A stretch of DNA of 64,000 nt from an uncultured Oscillospiraceae bacterium (GCA_900553255.1 USCI01000001.1:12371-76370); one strand, 5' to 3'; shown: positions 18,707-27,837, counted from the stretch's first letter. Translations and numbers: made by a program. Notes: a model not told the origin generated them from the sequence alone.

Positions 18707-19856
18707 TCATTCCTCGTTCACAACCTTTGCACGTAGCAACAGACAGTCATGTGGAGCAATAGAGGCAGTATAGCGATAATCGCAGGTTTCGGATACGTCC
18801 CCAGTCCAGAGATTGGTCATGACCAACTTTTTACCGCAGGAACGGTTGAGGCCCAATTCCGCCATACAGAAATAAAAGTTACTGACATCGTCGGATAGAT
18901 TGAACAGGCCGATGGCGAAATCTCCATTGTTCAGGAGTCGTGCCATGATAAAGCAGTCCTCTGTACCACCGCGTACATCTGTCTGGTTTCCACCAAGCAG
19001 AAACGGCTGACAATAGGCAGGATCCTGATTAATGGCCAGCACCTCTTTGTTCATCAGTATGGTGCGTGTCTGCTCATCCATATGACGAATATCGCAGCCA
19101 ATCATGAGGGGAGAGGCAAAGAAAGCCCAGAGTGAAAAATGGGTGCGGTATTCAGCGAAGTCGCACCCCTGGAGACCGACATGTCCCTGGCCATTCATGC
19201 CCACTACCAGCATATCCATATCGTTAAAGCAGCCATGGCCGTTGTAGGGAAACAGCGCTCGCTGTTGCTTGGTCAACGATTTTATTGATTCCCAGGAGTC
19301 TACAATATCCGGAGTAGAGCGCCACATGTGGGCACCAGTGGTTTTAATCCAGCGGTGGGTTTCATCAGCCCCCCCAGGAGCAAGCGCTGAAAAGGATATC
19401 CCGGCCGCAGTTGGCCAGAGCAGTTCCCATGCGTCGGTAAAGCAGGTCTCCCGTATCCTCCGCCGGCTTGAAGCAGTAATCATATTTCAGAAAATCTACG
19501 CCCCATTCAGCAAAGTTTTGGGCGTCCAGAAATTCGTGCTCATAACTGCCCGGATATTGTCCGCAAGTCATACAGCCTGCGCAGGAATAAATACCAAATT
19601 TCAACCCCTTACTGTGCAGATAGTCCCCCACCGCTTTCATTCCATGAGGAAACTTATCCGTATTCACGACTAGCCGGTGCTGGTTATCCCGCTGCTTTCG
19701 CGCCCAAGTATCATCAATGACAACATATGTATAGCCGGCATCACGCAGTCCACTTTCCACCAACACATCTGCACATTCAAAAATGAGTTGTTCGCTGATT
19801 TTATCCGCAAATGTATTCCATGTGTTCCATCCTATAGGAGGTGTCAACTGATTCAT
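18707..19856 (-). pseudogene. GH27 alpha-galactosidase interrupted by a +1 frameshift in a G7 homopolymer
   Basis: N-terminal ORF (19365..19856): 'PPIGWNTWNTF', 'YVVIDDTW', 'LKYDYC'. C-terminal ORF (18707..19483): 'GAHMWRSTPDI', 'NDMDMLVVG'. The frames join if one base of the C7 run at 19369-19375 is removed. Confidence 0.85.
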
Positions 19857-19984
19857 ATTTTATTCCCCTCACGATTCTATTCTCTTCATCAGTATACTGA
19901 TGAACTGACACAGAATGCAACGCAGAATGTTGCCGGAACTTTGCATTTTGTTGCATCTAGAAAAAATTTATTATTGCACATTTG

Positions 19985-20845
19985 TTACATAGAGCCGGGA
20001 CACACTTCTTTCTCATTGCGGTACCGGAAACGATATTCCCGTGGAGAGCATTCATATTTGAGAGAAAACAGTCGATAAAAGGAGGAAAAAGTGCTGAAGC
20101 CCGTAGCCATTGCAATTTGTGATATGGAGAGATCACTGGTGATAAGCAGCTTTTTGGCCAGATCGACACGGTAATTGTTTAGATATTCATTTGGGGAAAT
20201 GCCGACTTCTTTTTTAAACAATCGATAAAAATAGCTGCGGTTAATCGAAATCATGTCGGCCAATCCGGATACGGTGAGATGAGAATTGTAGTTGAACTGG
20301 ATATAGCTTATCGCTTTCTGTACGTATTCTTTGGTCAAAGTGTTTTCCGTTTCCGGCGTATCAACGTGATCCATGAGGATCTCAAACATGCGCAGTAGCT
20401 GAATGGTGGCATACATGTCAATATTGCGGAAGGGCTTACTTAGGATAGTTTGAGCGGTTTCGATGATCAGGTCGCTCAACTTCATATCGTTTAGCGTAAT
20501 AACCATATTTCCATCCGCAAAACTGGTCCGCTTTAGAAGTCTTTCCACCATTTCCCCTTTGCAGGCAAAAAAGCTGTACTGCCAGGGATCTGTTTCATCA
20601 GCTGTATAAGTGGTAATCTCTTGTGGGTAGATAATAAACGCCTGGCCTTCATGTATATGGTAAATATTTCCGCGAGCGACATAGGTGCCCTTCCCGGAAG
20701 TAACCAGATGGATGAGATAAACCTCGCGTATGGCGGGACCGTAACAATAGCCACTTTCGCAAATATCCCTCCCCGCATGGCAGAAACTAAGGGATGGATC
20801 ATGAGAATTAATTGTGGCAAATAAAACCGGATTACGTAATGCCAT
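19985..20845 (-). CDS. AraC-family transcriptional regulator (cupin sensor + HTH)
   Basis: 'LIHLVTSGKGTYV' cupin-like N-terminus. C-terminal 'LTVSGLADMISINRSYFYRLFKKEVGISPNEYL..' has two HTH units. ATG at 20845; the track's longer N-terminal extension overlaps the IS remnant. Confidence 0.85.
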   Translation of the reverse strand: MALRNPVLFATINSHDPSLSFCHAGRDICESGYCYGPAIREVYLIHLVTSGKGTYVARGNIYHIHEGQAFIIYPQEITTYTADETDPWQYSFFACKGEMVERLLKRTSFADGNMVITLNDMKLSDLIIETAQTILSKPFRNIDMYATIQLLRMFEILMDHVDTPETENTLTKEYVQKAISYIQFNYNSHLTVSGLADMISINRSYFYRLFKKEVGISPNEYLNNYRVDLAKKLLITSDLSISQIAMATGFSTFSSFYRLFSLKYECSPREYRFRYRNEKEVCPGSM

Positions 20846-20847
20846 AC

Positions 20848-21290
20848 GCCAAAGAATTGACACATGACAACCACTGGATACTCTGTCCTGTGACGATAGA
20901 TGATGTGATATTTGATCCTTGGCCTCACTTCCTTTCTGTGCATTGCAGAAAATCCCGCAGCAGCTTATTCTCCATCTGTAAACGCCGGAACTCGTACGCC
21001 TGCTCTGCTTCCTTGCTGACAAACTTTGCCTCCTTTCGGCGGCGTCCTTTGGGACTGGGCAGGATTCCTGCTGCCAGTTTCGCCTGCTTGCGGTTATACC
21101 GGTTTATCCAATTCTTGATCTGCACCTTACTCAATCCAAGCCGCTCTGCTATCTCTTGCCGTGTCAATCCCATCTCCCGCATAGCCAGTATTTCTCCCTC
21201 TAACGCTTGCAGATGTGTGTATTTGTTCTTGGACATATGAACACCCCCTGTATAGGTCTATTTTCCTACACAGGGGGCGTTTTGTCCATT
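20848..21290 (-). mobile_element. IS3-family insertion sequence remnant (orfA plus the first ~25 codons of orfB)
   Basis: orfA at 20925..21236: 'LAMREMGLTRQEIAERLGLSKVQIKNWINRY..RRLQMENKLLRDF'. An orfB-like start 'IKYHIIYRHRTEYPVVVMCQFFGV' in the adjacent frame breaks off near 20850. Boundaries are approximate. Confidence 0.7.
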
Positions 21291-21333
21291 GTCCGTTTTT
21301 ACTGAACCGGTTCAAAATTGCCGCAGGGCTTTT

Positions 21334-22305
21334 TTAAAGCACCGCCAATGCCAGCCACAGCACGCCCGCTGTGGTCAGCAGCGCCGGCGCGCTGCGGAAG
21401 GGCCTCGGCAGATCGCTGTTGTCCACCCGGTACCAGACGGCGGCAAACAGGCAGCCGGCCGCAAACAGGATTGCCGCGCCGGCAAGCTGCCAGAGCAGGG
21501 CCTGCCAAATCCCGGCCGAGCGGCAGGACAGCCACGCCGTAAACGCGGCCGCCGCCATCCATACTCCATCCGCCGCCTCCGGCTTATACAGCCAGGACAG
21601 CGCGGCGACGGCCGTCACAAACGCGGCGGCGGACGGCAGCCATTCCTCCGGGAATACCGGCCAGATCATCCTCAGAAGGCTGAGCAGCACGCCCGCGGCC
21701 AGCGCGATCAGCGCAGCCAGTGCGGCCGGGAGGATCCCTTCGGCCGGACGCGGCGGCGCCACCGGCTTCCCCCGCAGGCAAAACAGCGCGAGAAGCAGGC
21801 CGGCCACCACCACACCGCTACCGCCGGCCGCAAAATCCGCCGACAGGCCCGCAGGCAGCAGACGTACCGCAAACACGGTGCCGTAGGCGAGCAGCTCCCG
21901 CACGGCGCCGATGACCACCGGCGCAAGGGCGGCGAGATAAACCCGTCCGCCCGACGGGGGCGTTTCGCTCCACTCCTCCGCCGCCGGCGCGCAGCTGAAC
22001 ACCATCGCATAAAACAGCCACAGCGGCGGCAGCCGGTCGGCCACGGCAGGCCAATATGCCAGCAGCAGCACCCGCGACAGCGTTGCGAGAAAGGCAGCGG
22101 TGAGCAGCAGCGCACCCTGCCGTATGGCGGCGGGCAGCGGCCGGAACAGCCGGGCAACCGGGATCAGGATCAGCAGCAGCCACGCGCCGAACATGGTCAC
22201 CAGCAGGCCGCCGAAGCCCGACACGCCGGCCGCCGCGCCCGTGCACAGCAGCACCGTCGATGCGGCCAGCCCGCGGTGCGCCGCCGTTTCCTTGGTATTC
22301 GTCAT
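21334..22305 (-). CDS. Rnf/Nqr-type membrane subunit, apparent RnfE-RnfA fusion (divergent)
   Basis: N-terminal half: 'AYWPAVADRL' and 'VIGAVRELLAYGTVF' resemble RnfE 'AYVPALYNSLG' and 'GSIREILGNGTIF' (from memory). C-terminus 'DLPRPFRSAPALLTTAGVLWLAL' resembles the RnfA end 'DIPKPFKGIPITLITAGLLALAF'. About 9-10 TM helices. Confidence 0.6.
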   Translation of the reverse strand: MTNTKETAAHRGLAASTVLLCTGAAAGVSGFGGLLVTMFGAWLLLILIPVARLFRPLPAAIRQGALLLTAAFLATLSRVLLLAYWPAVADRLPPLWLFYAMVFSCAPAAEEWSETPPSGGRVYLAALAPVVIGAVRELLAYGTVFAVRLLPAGLSADFAAGGSGVVVAGLLLALFCLRGKPVAPPRPAEGILPAALAALIALAAGVLLSLLRMIWPVFPEEWLPSAAAFVTAVAALSWLYKPEAADGVWMAAAAFTAWLSCRSAGIWQALLWQLAGAAILFAAGCLFAAVWYRVDNSDLPRPFRSAPALLTTAGVLWLALAVL

Positions 22306-22329
22306 CTTCCGGATCCTCCCTTTCTCCTG

Positions 22330-23310
22330 TCAGCGGGCCGCATCGCGGACAAACCGGTACGCGAGATTGGCCGCGCGCACCACCGCTTTGGAGGATACGG
22401 TCGCGCCGGATACCGCGTCCACCGCGCCGCCGTCGCCGGGAACGGCGACCGTATTATCCTGACCGGCGGCCTCGGCGAGCGCCTGCGCCGCCAGCTCAAC
22501 GAATTCCCCGACCGAAACCGACACACCGGCATAGGCGTCGGTTTTGCCGTCCGCTTCGTTATATACCAGCTTTGCCGGGTCCTGCACGCTCAGCAGTGCG
22601 TTTTCCATGGTCTGCGCCTGCTCATGCCAGCCGGGGCCGTCCTCGGTCATCACATACCGTCCGGCGAGCGATTCCGCCTTTTTGGTGGAATCGCTGTCCC
22701 GCTTGTCGGCGTCCCAGTTGACCGCCGTGATCTTCCCGCCGGATATGGTCAGCTCCACAAAGGCGCGGTAGCCGGCGCCGTCATAATCCGGTTTCTGTGC
22801 CCGGTATTCGCCGTCGGCCCACACCGTCTGCACAGGCGGGGCGGACGTATCCCCCGGCTCATCGATGCCGGTATAGCCGCCCACCGAGGCCGGTGCGGCC
22901 AAGGCGGTAAACTGGCCGTAAAACGCTTCCTCGGTGACCCGGGAGCCGTAGCCCATCGTTTCACTGTTGCGGCCGACCCGCAGGCCGATAAACCGCGACG
23001 CATCCGGCGAAAGCGCCGTTTTGACCTCGAGATCCCCGCCGTAGCCCTTCACCTGCACCGTGACCGCATAGCCGATCACCGCACCGGATTCATCGAGTGC
23101 GCGATAGGCCGACACGATGCCCTCCGCGTCCCCGGCGTCCATCGCCTCATAGCGTTCTGCCTCGAGCAGGCCGGAAAAATTCTCACGTACCGCCTGTTCC
23201 TCCTGCCGGACGGCCAGCGTTCCGGACACCTTGTCCATCCCCCACAGCAGGCCGACCGAAGCCACGCCGACAATCAGCAGATTCCGTACGGTTTTTCCCC
23301 ATGTTTTCAT
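22330..23310 (-). CDS. rnfG: RnfG-like FMN-binding subunit with a ~130-aa inserted second FMN_bind-like domain
   Basis: N-terminal TM anchor. 'GYGGDLEVKTAL', 'NSETMGYG' and C-terminal 'VDAVSGATVSSKAV' (flavinylation-type SGAT motif). At 326 aa it is much longer than a typical RnfG of about 200 aa. Confidence 0.7.
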   Translation of the reverse strand: MKTWGKTVRNLLIVGVASVGLLWGMDKVSGTLAVRQEEQAVRENFSGLLEAERYEAMDAGDAEGIVSAYRALDESGAVIGYAVTVQVKGYGGDLEVKTALSPDASRFIGLRVGRNSETMGYGSRVTEEAFYGQFTALAAPASVGGYTGIDEPGDTSAPPVQTVWADGEYRAQKPDYDGAGYRAFVELTISGGKITAVNWDADKRDSDSTKKAESLAGRYVMTEDGPGWHEQAQTMENALLSVQDPAKLVYNEADGKTDAYAGVSVSVGEFVELAAQALAEAAGQDNTVAVPGDGGAVDAVSGATVSSKAVVRAANLAYRFVRDAAR

Positions 23311-23329
23311 CCTTCGTCCCTTCCTCTCG

Positions 23330-24256
23330 TCAAGCGGCGTGCCGGCCGACCCGCACGCCGTACACCCGCGGCATGGTCAGCCATTCGATCAGCGGCGCTG
23401 CGGCGTTCATCAGCAAAATCGCAAAGCAGACCCCCTCGGGATACGGCCCCCAGATGCGCAGCACCGCCGTCAGGATGCCGACCCCTGCGGCAAAAAGACA
23501 TTCCCCTACCGGCGTCGTCGGCTTCGAGGTGAAATCGGTGACCATAAATACCGCGCCGAGCAGCAGGCCGCCGGACAGCAACTGCGCGGCCGCCGCCCCG
23601 GTGAAGGGCGTCGTTCCGCCGAATATCCAGTAGACCAGCGCAAAGCTCCACACACAGGTAACCGGCACCCGCATGCGGATTACCCCGCGCAGGCACAGAT
23701 ACACCATGCCGATCAGGATCAGCAGCGCGGAGGTTTCCCCCATGCTGCCGTTCTCATAGCCGAAGAACAGCGGCCACAGGGACGCATCCAGACCGGCTTC
23801 GGCAATCGGGGTGGCTGAGGATACGGCGTCCGGGCGCACATAGCCGCCCAGCGTCTGCGGCAGGGCGACCAGCAGCAGGGCACGACCGGCCATCGCCGGG
23901 TTGAACAGGTTGTGCCCGATACCGCCGGGCAGCTGCTTGACCACTGCGACGGCGAAAACGCCGGCCAGAGCCGCCGCCCAGAGCGCCGTACCCGCCGGCA
24001 GGGACAGCCCCAGCAGCAATCCGGTTACCGCCGCGCTGCCGTCAAAGCCGCCCCGGCCGCGCAGCTTCAGGCAGACCCAGTCCGCCAGGGAACACACCGC
24101 GGTGGTGGTCGCCAGAACGGCCGCCGCCTGCCAGCGGAACAGCCACACCGCCCACGCACACACCGGCAGCAGCGCGATCACCACGTCGGCCATGATAGCG
24201 GAGGTGGTGCGTTTTCTCCGGATATGCGGGGCGGCCATTTCCTGTTTTATCGCCAT
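23330..24256 (-). CDS. rnfD: Rnf electron-transport complex subunit D
   Basis: 'APHIRRKRTTSAIMADVVIALLP' typical N-terminus. 'DAVSSATPIAEAG' FMN-attachment motif. About 8-10 TM helices. Confidence 0.9.
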   Translation of the reverse strand: MAIKQEMAAPHIRRKRTTSAIMADVVIALLPVCAWAVWLFRWQAAAVLATTTAVCSLADWVCLKLRGRGGFDGSAAVTGLLLGLSLPAGTALWAAALAGVFAVAVVKQLPGGIGHNLFNPAMAGRALLLVALPQTLGGYVRPDAVSSATPIAEAGLDASLWPLFFGYENGSMGETSALLILIGMVYLCLRGVIRMRVPVTCVWSFALVYWIFGGTTPFTGAAAAQLLSGGLLLGAVFMVTDFTSKPTTPVGECLFAAGVGILTAVLRIWGPYPEGVCFAILLMNAAAPLIEWLTMPRVYGVRVGRHAA

Positions 24257-24379
24257 AGCCCATCGCTTCCTTTCTCACTCAATGGTCGGTACCCGGCCGG
24301 AAAATGCGGCGGTGCCGCAGCAGCAGGCGGGATCTTGTCCCGGCGGCCGATCCTTCCCAGGAAACCATTCCCTTGCCTC

Positions 24380-25666
24380 TCATCGTTTCGCCGCACGCGC
24401 CCGGGCGCGGATGCCCTCCCGCGCCATGCCCACCCGCGCGGCAAGCGGCCGCTTGGCCGGACAGGTGTACGAGCAGCAGCCGCAGGAGATGCACTGCGCC
24501 GCGTGCAGCGCTTCACAGACATCCCGCCGTCCGGCGATCACCGCCGCGTCGATCGCAAAGGGCTGCAGCCGCGACGGGCACACCCTCGCGCAGCCGCCGC
24601 AGCGGATGCAGGGCTGTTCGGTCCATCCGGGACGCCCGAGCAGTATCAGCCCGGACGTGGATTTGGTCATCGGCACATCCAGCCGGTCGAGCACCCGGCC
24701 GGTCATCGGCCCGCCGAAAACCGCGGTCAGCCCCTCGCCGCCCGCGCCGCCGCAGAAGGCCAGCAGGTCGCTGAGCAGGGTACCCACCGGCGCATAGACG
24801 TTGCCGGGATGCGCCACCTGCCCCGCCACCGTCACCAGCCGGTGGGTCAGCGGGAAGCCCGCCATCGCGTCCGAAAGCGCCGCGGCGGTGGCGACATTAT
24901 TCACGATTGCGCCGACATCGGCGGGCAGGCCGCCCTCCGGCACCTCCCGTCCTACCGCCGTCTGGATGAGCTGCCGCTCGCCGCCCTGCGGGTAGCGGTC
25001 GGGCAGCTCGAGGATTTCCACCCCGAACGGCAGCGCCGCCTCCCGCAGCTTTTTCACCGCGTCCGGCTTATTGCTTTCCACGCAGATTTTTACCGCCGCG
25101 CCCGCCGCCTGGCCGAGCGCCGCCGCGCCCGCCACCACCCGGTCGGCATGCCGCACCATCAGCTGATGGTCACAGGTGAGATACGGCTCGCATTCGCAGC
25201 CGTTGACCAACACCCAGTGGATCGCCTTATCGGTTTCGTACTTCACCGCGGTCGGAAACCCCGCACCGCCCATGCCGATCAGCCCTGCCTCCCGCATAAG
25301 GGTACGCAGGCCCTGCGCACCGGGCAGGTGCTTGATCCCCGGCGCCGGCGTGTCGCAGCCGTCGTTTTCCACCACCACACACAGGCCTTCTCCTTCGAGG
25401 CAGGGACGGTTTTCCACCGCGGTGACCGTGCCGGACACGCTGGCATGCACCGGCACCGACATTTTCCCGTCCGCCCGGCCGATCAGCTCACCCTTTCTCA
25501 CCGTCTGCCCCGGTTCCACCACCGGCAGCGCCGGCTTAGCCAGCCCCTGCGCCAGCGGGATGACCACCTGCGGCGGGGCAAGGGTCTGCACCGGCAGGTT
25601 TGCCGTCTCCTCTTTATGCTCGGTCTGATGCGGGAGAGCGATGCCCCCGCTGAATTTTGCGCCCAT
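24380..25666 (-). CDS. rnfC: Rnf electron-transport complex subunit C (NADH/FMN and 2x[4Fe-4S])
   Basis: 'GMGGAGFPTAVKY', 'CECEPYLTCD', 'CIRCGGCARVCP' and 'CISCGCCSYTCPA'. Confidence 0.9.
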   Translation of the reverse strand: MGAKFSGGIALPHQTEHKEETANLPVQTLAPPQVVIPLAQGLAKPALPVVEPGQTVRKGELIGRADGKMSVPVHASVSGTVTAVENRPCLEGEGLCVVVENDGCDTPAPGIKHLPGAQGLRTLMREAGLIGMGGAGFPTAVKYETDKAIHWVLVNGCECEPYLTCDHQLMVRHADRVVAGAAALGQAAGAAVKICVESNKPDAVKKLREAALPFGVEILELPDRYPQGGERQLIQTAVGREVPEGGLPADVGAIVNNVATAAALSDAMAGFPLTHRLVTVAGQVAHPGNVYAPVGTLLSDLLAFCGGAGGEGLTAVFGGPMTGRVLDRLDVPMTKSTSGLILLGRPGWTEQPCIRCGGCARVCPSRLQPFAIDAAVIAGRRDVCEALHAAQCISCGCCSYTCPAKRPLAARVGMAREGIRARARAAKR

Positions 25667-25687
25667 CCGGCAGCCTCCGTTTCTTCA

Positions 25688-26734
25688 TCACTCATCCAGA
25701 CAATGCCCGGCAAAGCCCAGGGTCATCTCCCGGCTGCCGTCCGCAAATATCCACAGTGCATCGACAGCCGGCAAGCTCTCCACCGCTGCCCGGCCGGTGG
25801 CATACGGCTGTGCGAACAGTGCGGTGGACAGGTAGTCCGCCGTAAACGCATCCGGCGCCAGCACACACACCGCACGGCAGTAGCGCGCCGGATACAGGGT
25901 GGATTCTTCCAGGATATGCGCATAGTATGTCCCGTTTGCGGCAAAATACTTCTGGTAATCCCCGCTGACCCCCAGGCACCGGTCGGTGAGAGCCAGCGTC
26001 ACGCTGTATTCCGGCACCTCCCGGCGTCCGGACAGGTTGAGCACGGCGTCCGGCTCCCGCAGGGCGACCGTCCAGCCGCTGCTCTCCGGCGGCGCGCCGG
26101 CGCACACCATGGTGCTCTCCCCGAAATCCAGCAAAAAATCGGTCAGCCTCAGTTCGCGCAGCCGCGCTGCGGCGGCATCCGCCGCGTGGCCCTTGCCCAC
26201 CGCGCCGAGATCGAGCGACAGCTCCGGGTCGGCGATGGTGATTTTTTCGCTTTCCGGATCCGCAATAACCTGATCCAGCGCCATGTGCTCCCCCGCATGC
26301 TGCAAAGCGGCAGCATCCGGCAGCACGCCGGACGCCCGGGCCTGCTCCCACAATCGCAGCACCGCCCCCATCGCGATGTTCGTCCCCGGCACCCGGGCAT
26401 ACAGCGCCTGGCAGCGGCCGACCAGCGCACACAGCTCCGCCGGGCAGGCAGCCGTGCCGCCCGCCGCCGCATTCACCCGGGACACCGCACTGTCCGGCCG
26501 GTGGACGTCGAGCAGCGCTTCCTGCCGCTCCAGCTCCCCGCGCACCGCCTCCACCGCCCGGATGAACTCCGCTTCGTCGGCACAATACACGATCATCCGC
26601 GATACGGTATCCATTGCCCCGATAAACTCGGTGGAAAACCGCCGCGGCGCGGGATCGGCCGCCTGCGCCATACAGCCGGTCAGACCCACACAAAGGATGG
26701 TCAATATCCCCAAAAACATCCGGCGCATCTTCAT
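25688..26734 (-). CDS. apbE: ApbE-family FAD:protein FMN transferase lipoprotein
   Basis: Lipobox 'LTGC'. 'MDTVSRMIVY', 'SAVSRVN' and 'LDLGAVGKGHAAD' ApbE-like motifs. First gene of the rnf-like operon. Confidence 0.85.
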   Translation of the reverse strand: MKMRRMFLGILTILCVGLTGCMAQAADPAPRRFSTEFIGAMDTVSRMIVYCADEAEFIRAVEAVRGELERQEALLDVHRPDSAVSRVNAAAGGTAACPAELCALVGRCQALYARVPGTNIAMGAVLRLWEQARASGVLPDAAALQHAGEHMALDQVIADPESEKITIADPELSLDLGAVGKGHAADAAAARLRELRLTDFLLDFGESTMVCAGAPPESSGWTVALREPDAVLNLSGRREVPEYSVTLALTDRCLGVSGDYQKYFAANGTYYAHILEESTLYPARYCRAVCVLAPDAFTADYLSTALFAQPYATGRAAVESLPAVDALWIFADGSREMTLGFAGHCLDE

Positions 26735-26865
26735 CCCCCTAACAAATCGCAGGCTTGACCCGATATTGTCCTTTTATTGTGCCCCGAAGTATGGTATAGT
26801 TTGTACAAAGTGGATGAATTTTTTCTCCGACCGTTGAATAACGGATGCGAAAGGATGAGGCTTCG

Positions 26866-27345
26866 ATGAAAAGAACCCATTGGTTTTCCGGAGCGGCAGG
26901 GATCGCCTGTGCGCTGATGATGGCGGCCATGCTGTCAGGATGCTCGAAGGAACCGGCGGGCAGCGATGCGGGTTCCGCTCCCGCAAGTGACACCGCCGCT
27001 TCCACCACCGCGGAGACAACGCCGGCTACCACGACGACCACTCTGCCGGGCGAGCCGGCGGCCTATCCGGTGCGCGGCTGGTGCTCGGACGATGACGTCC
27101 TTGTGCGCAGCGGGCCGGGCAAGGAATACGGCGCCATCGGCGGTGCGCACAAGGGCGAGCAGTTCAGCGTGCTCGGGCGCGAAGGCGACTGGTACAAGGT
27201 GCAGCATGGCGAGGACGAGGGCTATATCAGCGCCCAATTCATCCGGTTCAGCCTCGAAGAGGCGATGGCGACGACTACCACCGAAGCGCCGACCACCACG
27301 GCGGATACCGGCGAGAATTCCGCGCAGGAGGGACAGGATTCCTGA
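26866..27345 (+). CDS. SH3b-domain lipoprotein with Thr/Ala-rich linkers
   Basis: Lipobox 'MLSGCS'. 'VLVRSGPGKEYGAIGGAHKGEQFSVLGREGDWYKVQHGEDEGYISAQFI' is a bacterial SH3 motif. ATG 26866 follows GAGG. Confidence 0.75.
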   Translation: MKRTHWFSGAAGIACALMMAAMLSGCSKEPAGSDAGSAPASDTAASTTAETTPATTTTTLPGEPAAYPVRGWCSDDDVLVRSGPGKEYGAIGGAHKGEQFSVLGREGDWYKVQHGEDEGYISAQFIRFSLEEAMATTTTEAPTTTADTGENSAQEGQDS

Positions 27346-27400
27346 GTCCTTGGGAAACAATCCTATCCTTGCTCTGCAGAAAACAGGAGGGTGTTTGGTT

Positions 27401-27808
27401 GTGAAAAAGCTATGTCTTGCGATTCTTATTGTCCTGCTTGCTTTCACCCTTTCCGCCTGCAGGGGCGGGGATGTTACGCATACCGAAATTCTGGAGCAGC
27501 CATCCGAGATCTACACGGACAGCGATATCAATGCCGCCATCCAAACGATCAAGGATTATTTTGCCCAAAACCTTGACGGCTGCAAATTAACAGAAATCGG
27601 CTATATCGGCGACGATTCTGCCAGCAGCTTTGCGATGTGGGCCGAACGCTTTCAGACGGATGAAGCCATTATCCTTTGCTCTTCTTTCGATGTGGACCCC
27701 TCGGCAGACAATGTCATCCTTGAGCCGAACGCAACCTATGACTGGGAGTGGATCCTGGTAAGAGAGAAGGGCGGCAAGTGGATGCATGTCGACCATGGAT
27801 ACGGTTAA
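27401..27808 (+). CDS. small lipoprotein, function unknown
   Basis: RBS AGGAGG 10 nt before GTG 27401. 'KKLCLAILIVLLAFTLSAC' lipobox. Lower GC than flanks. The track ORF 26966..27808 is over-extended. Confidence 0.65.
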   Translation: MKKLCLAILIVLLAFTLSACRGGDVTHTEILEQPSEIYTDSDINAAIQTIKDYFAQNLDGCKLTEIGYIGDDSASSFAMWAERFQTDEAIILCSSFDVDPSADNVILEPNATYDWEWILVREKGGKWMHVDHGYG

Positions 27809-27837
27809 AAGCCTTATTTTTTGCCGCAGAACCGAAA

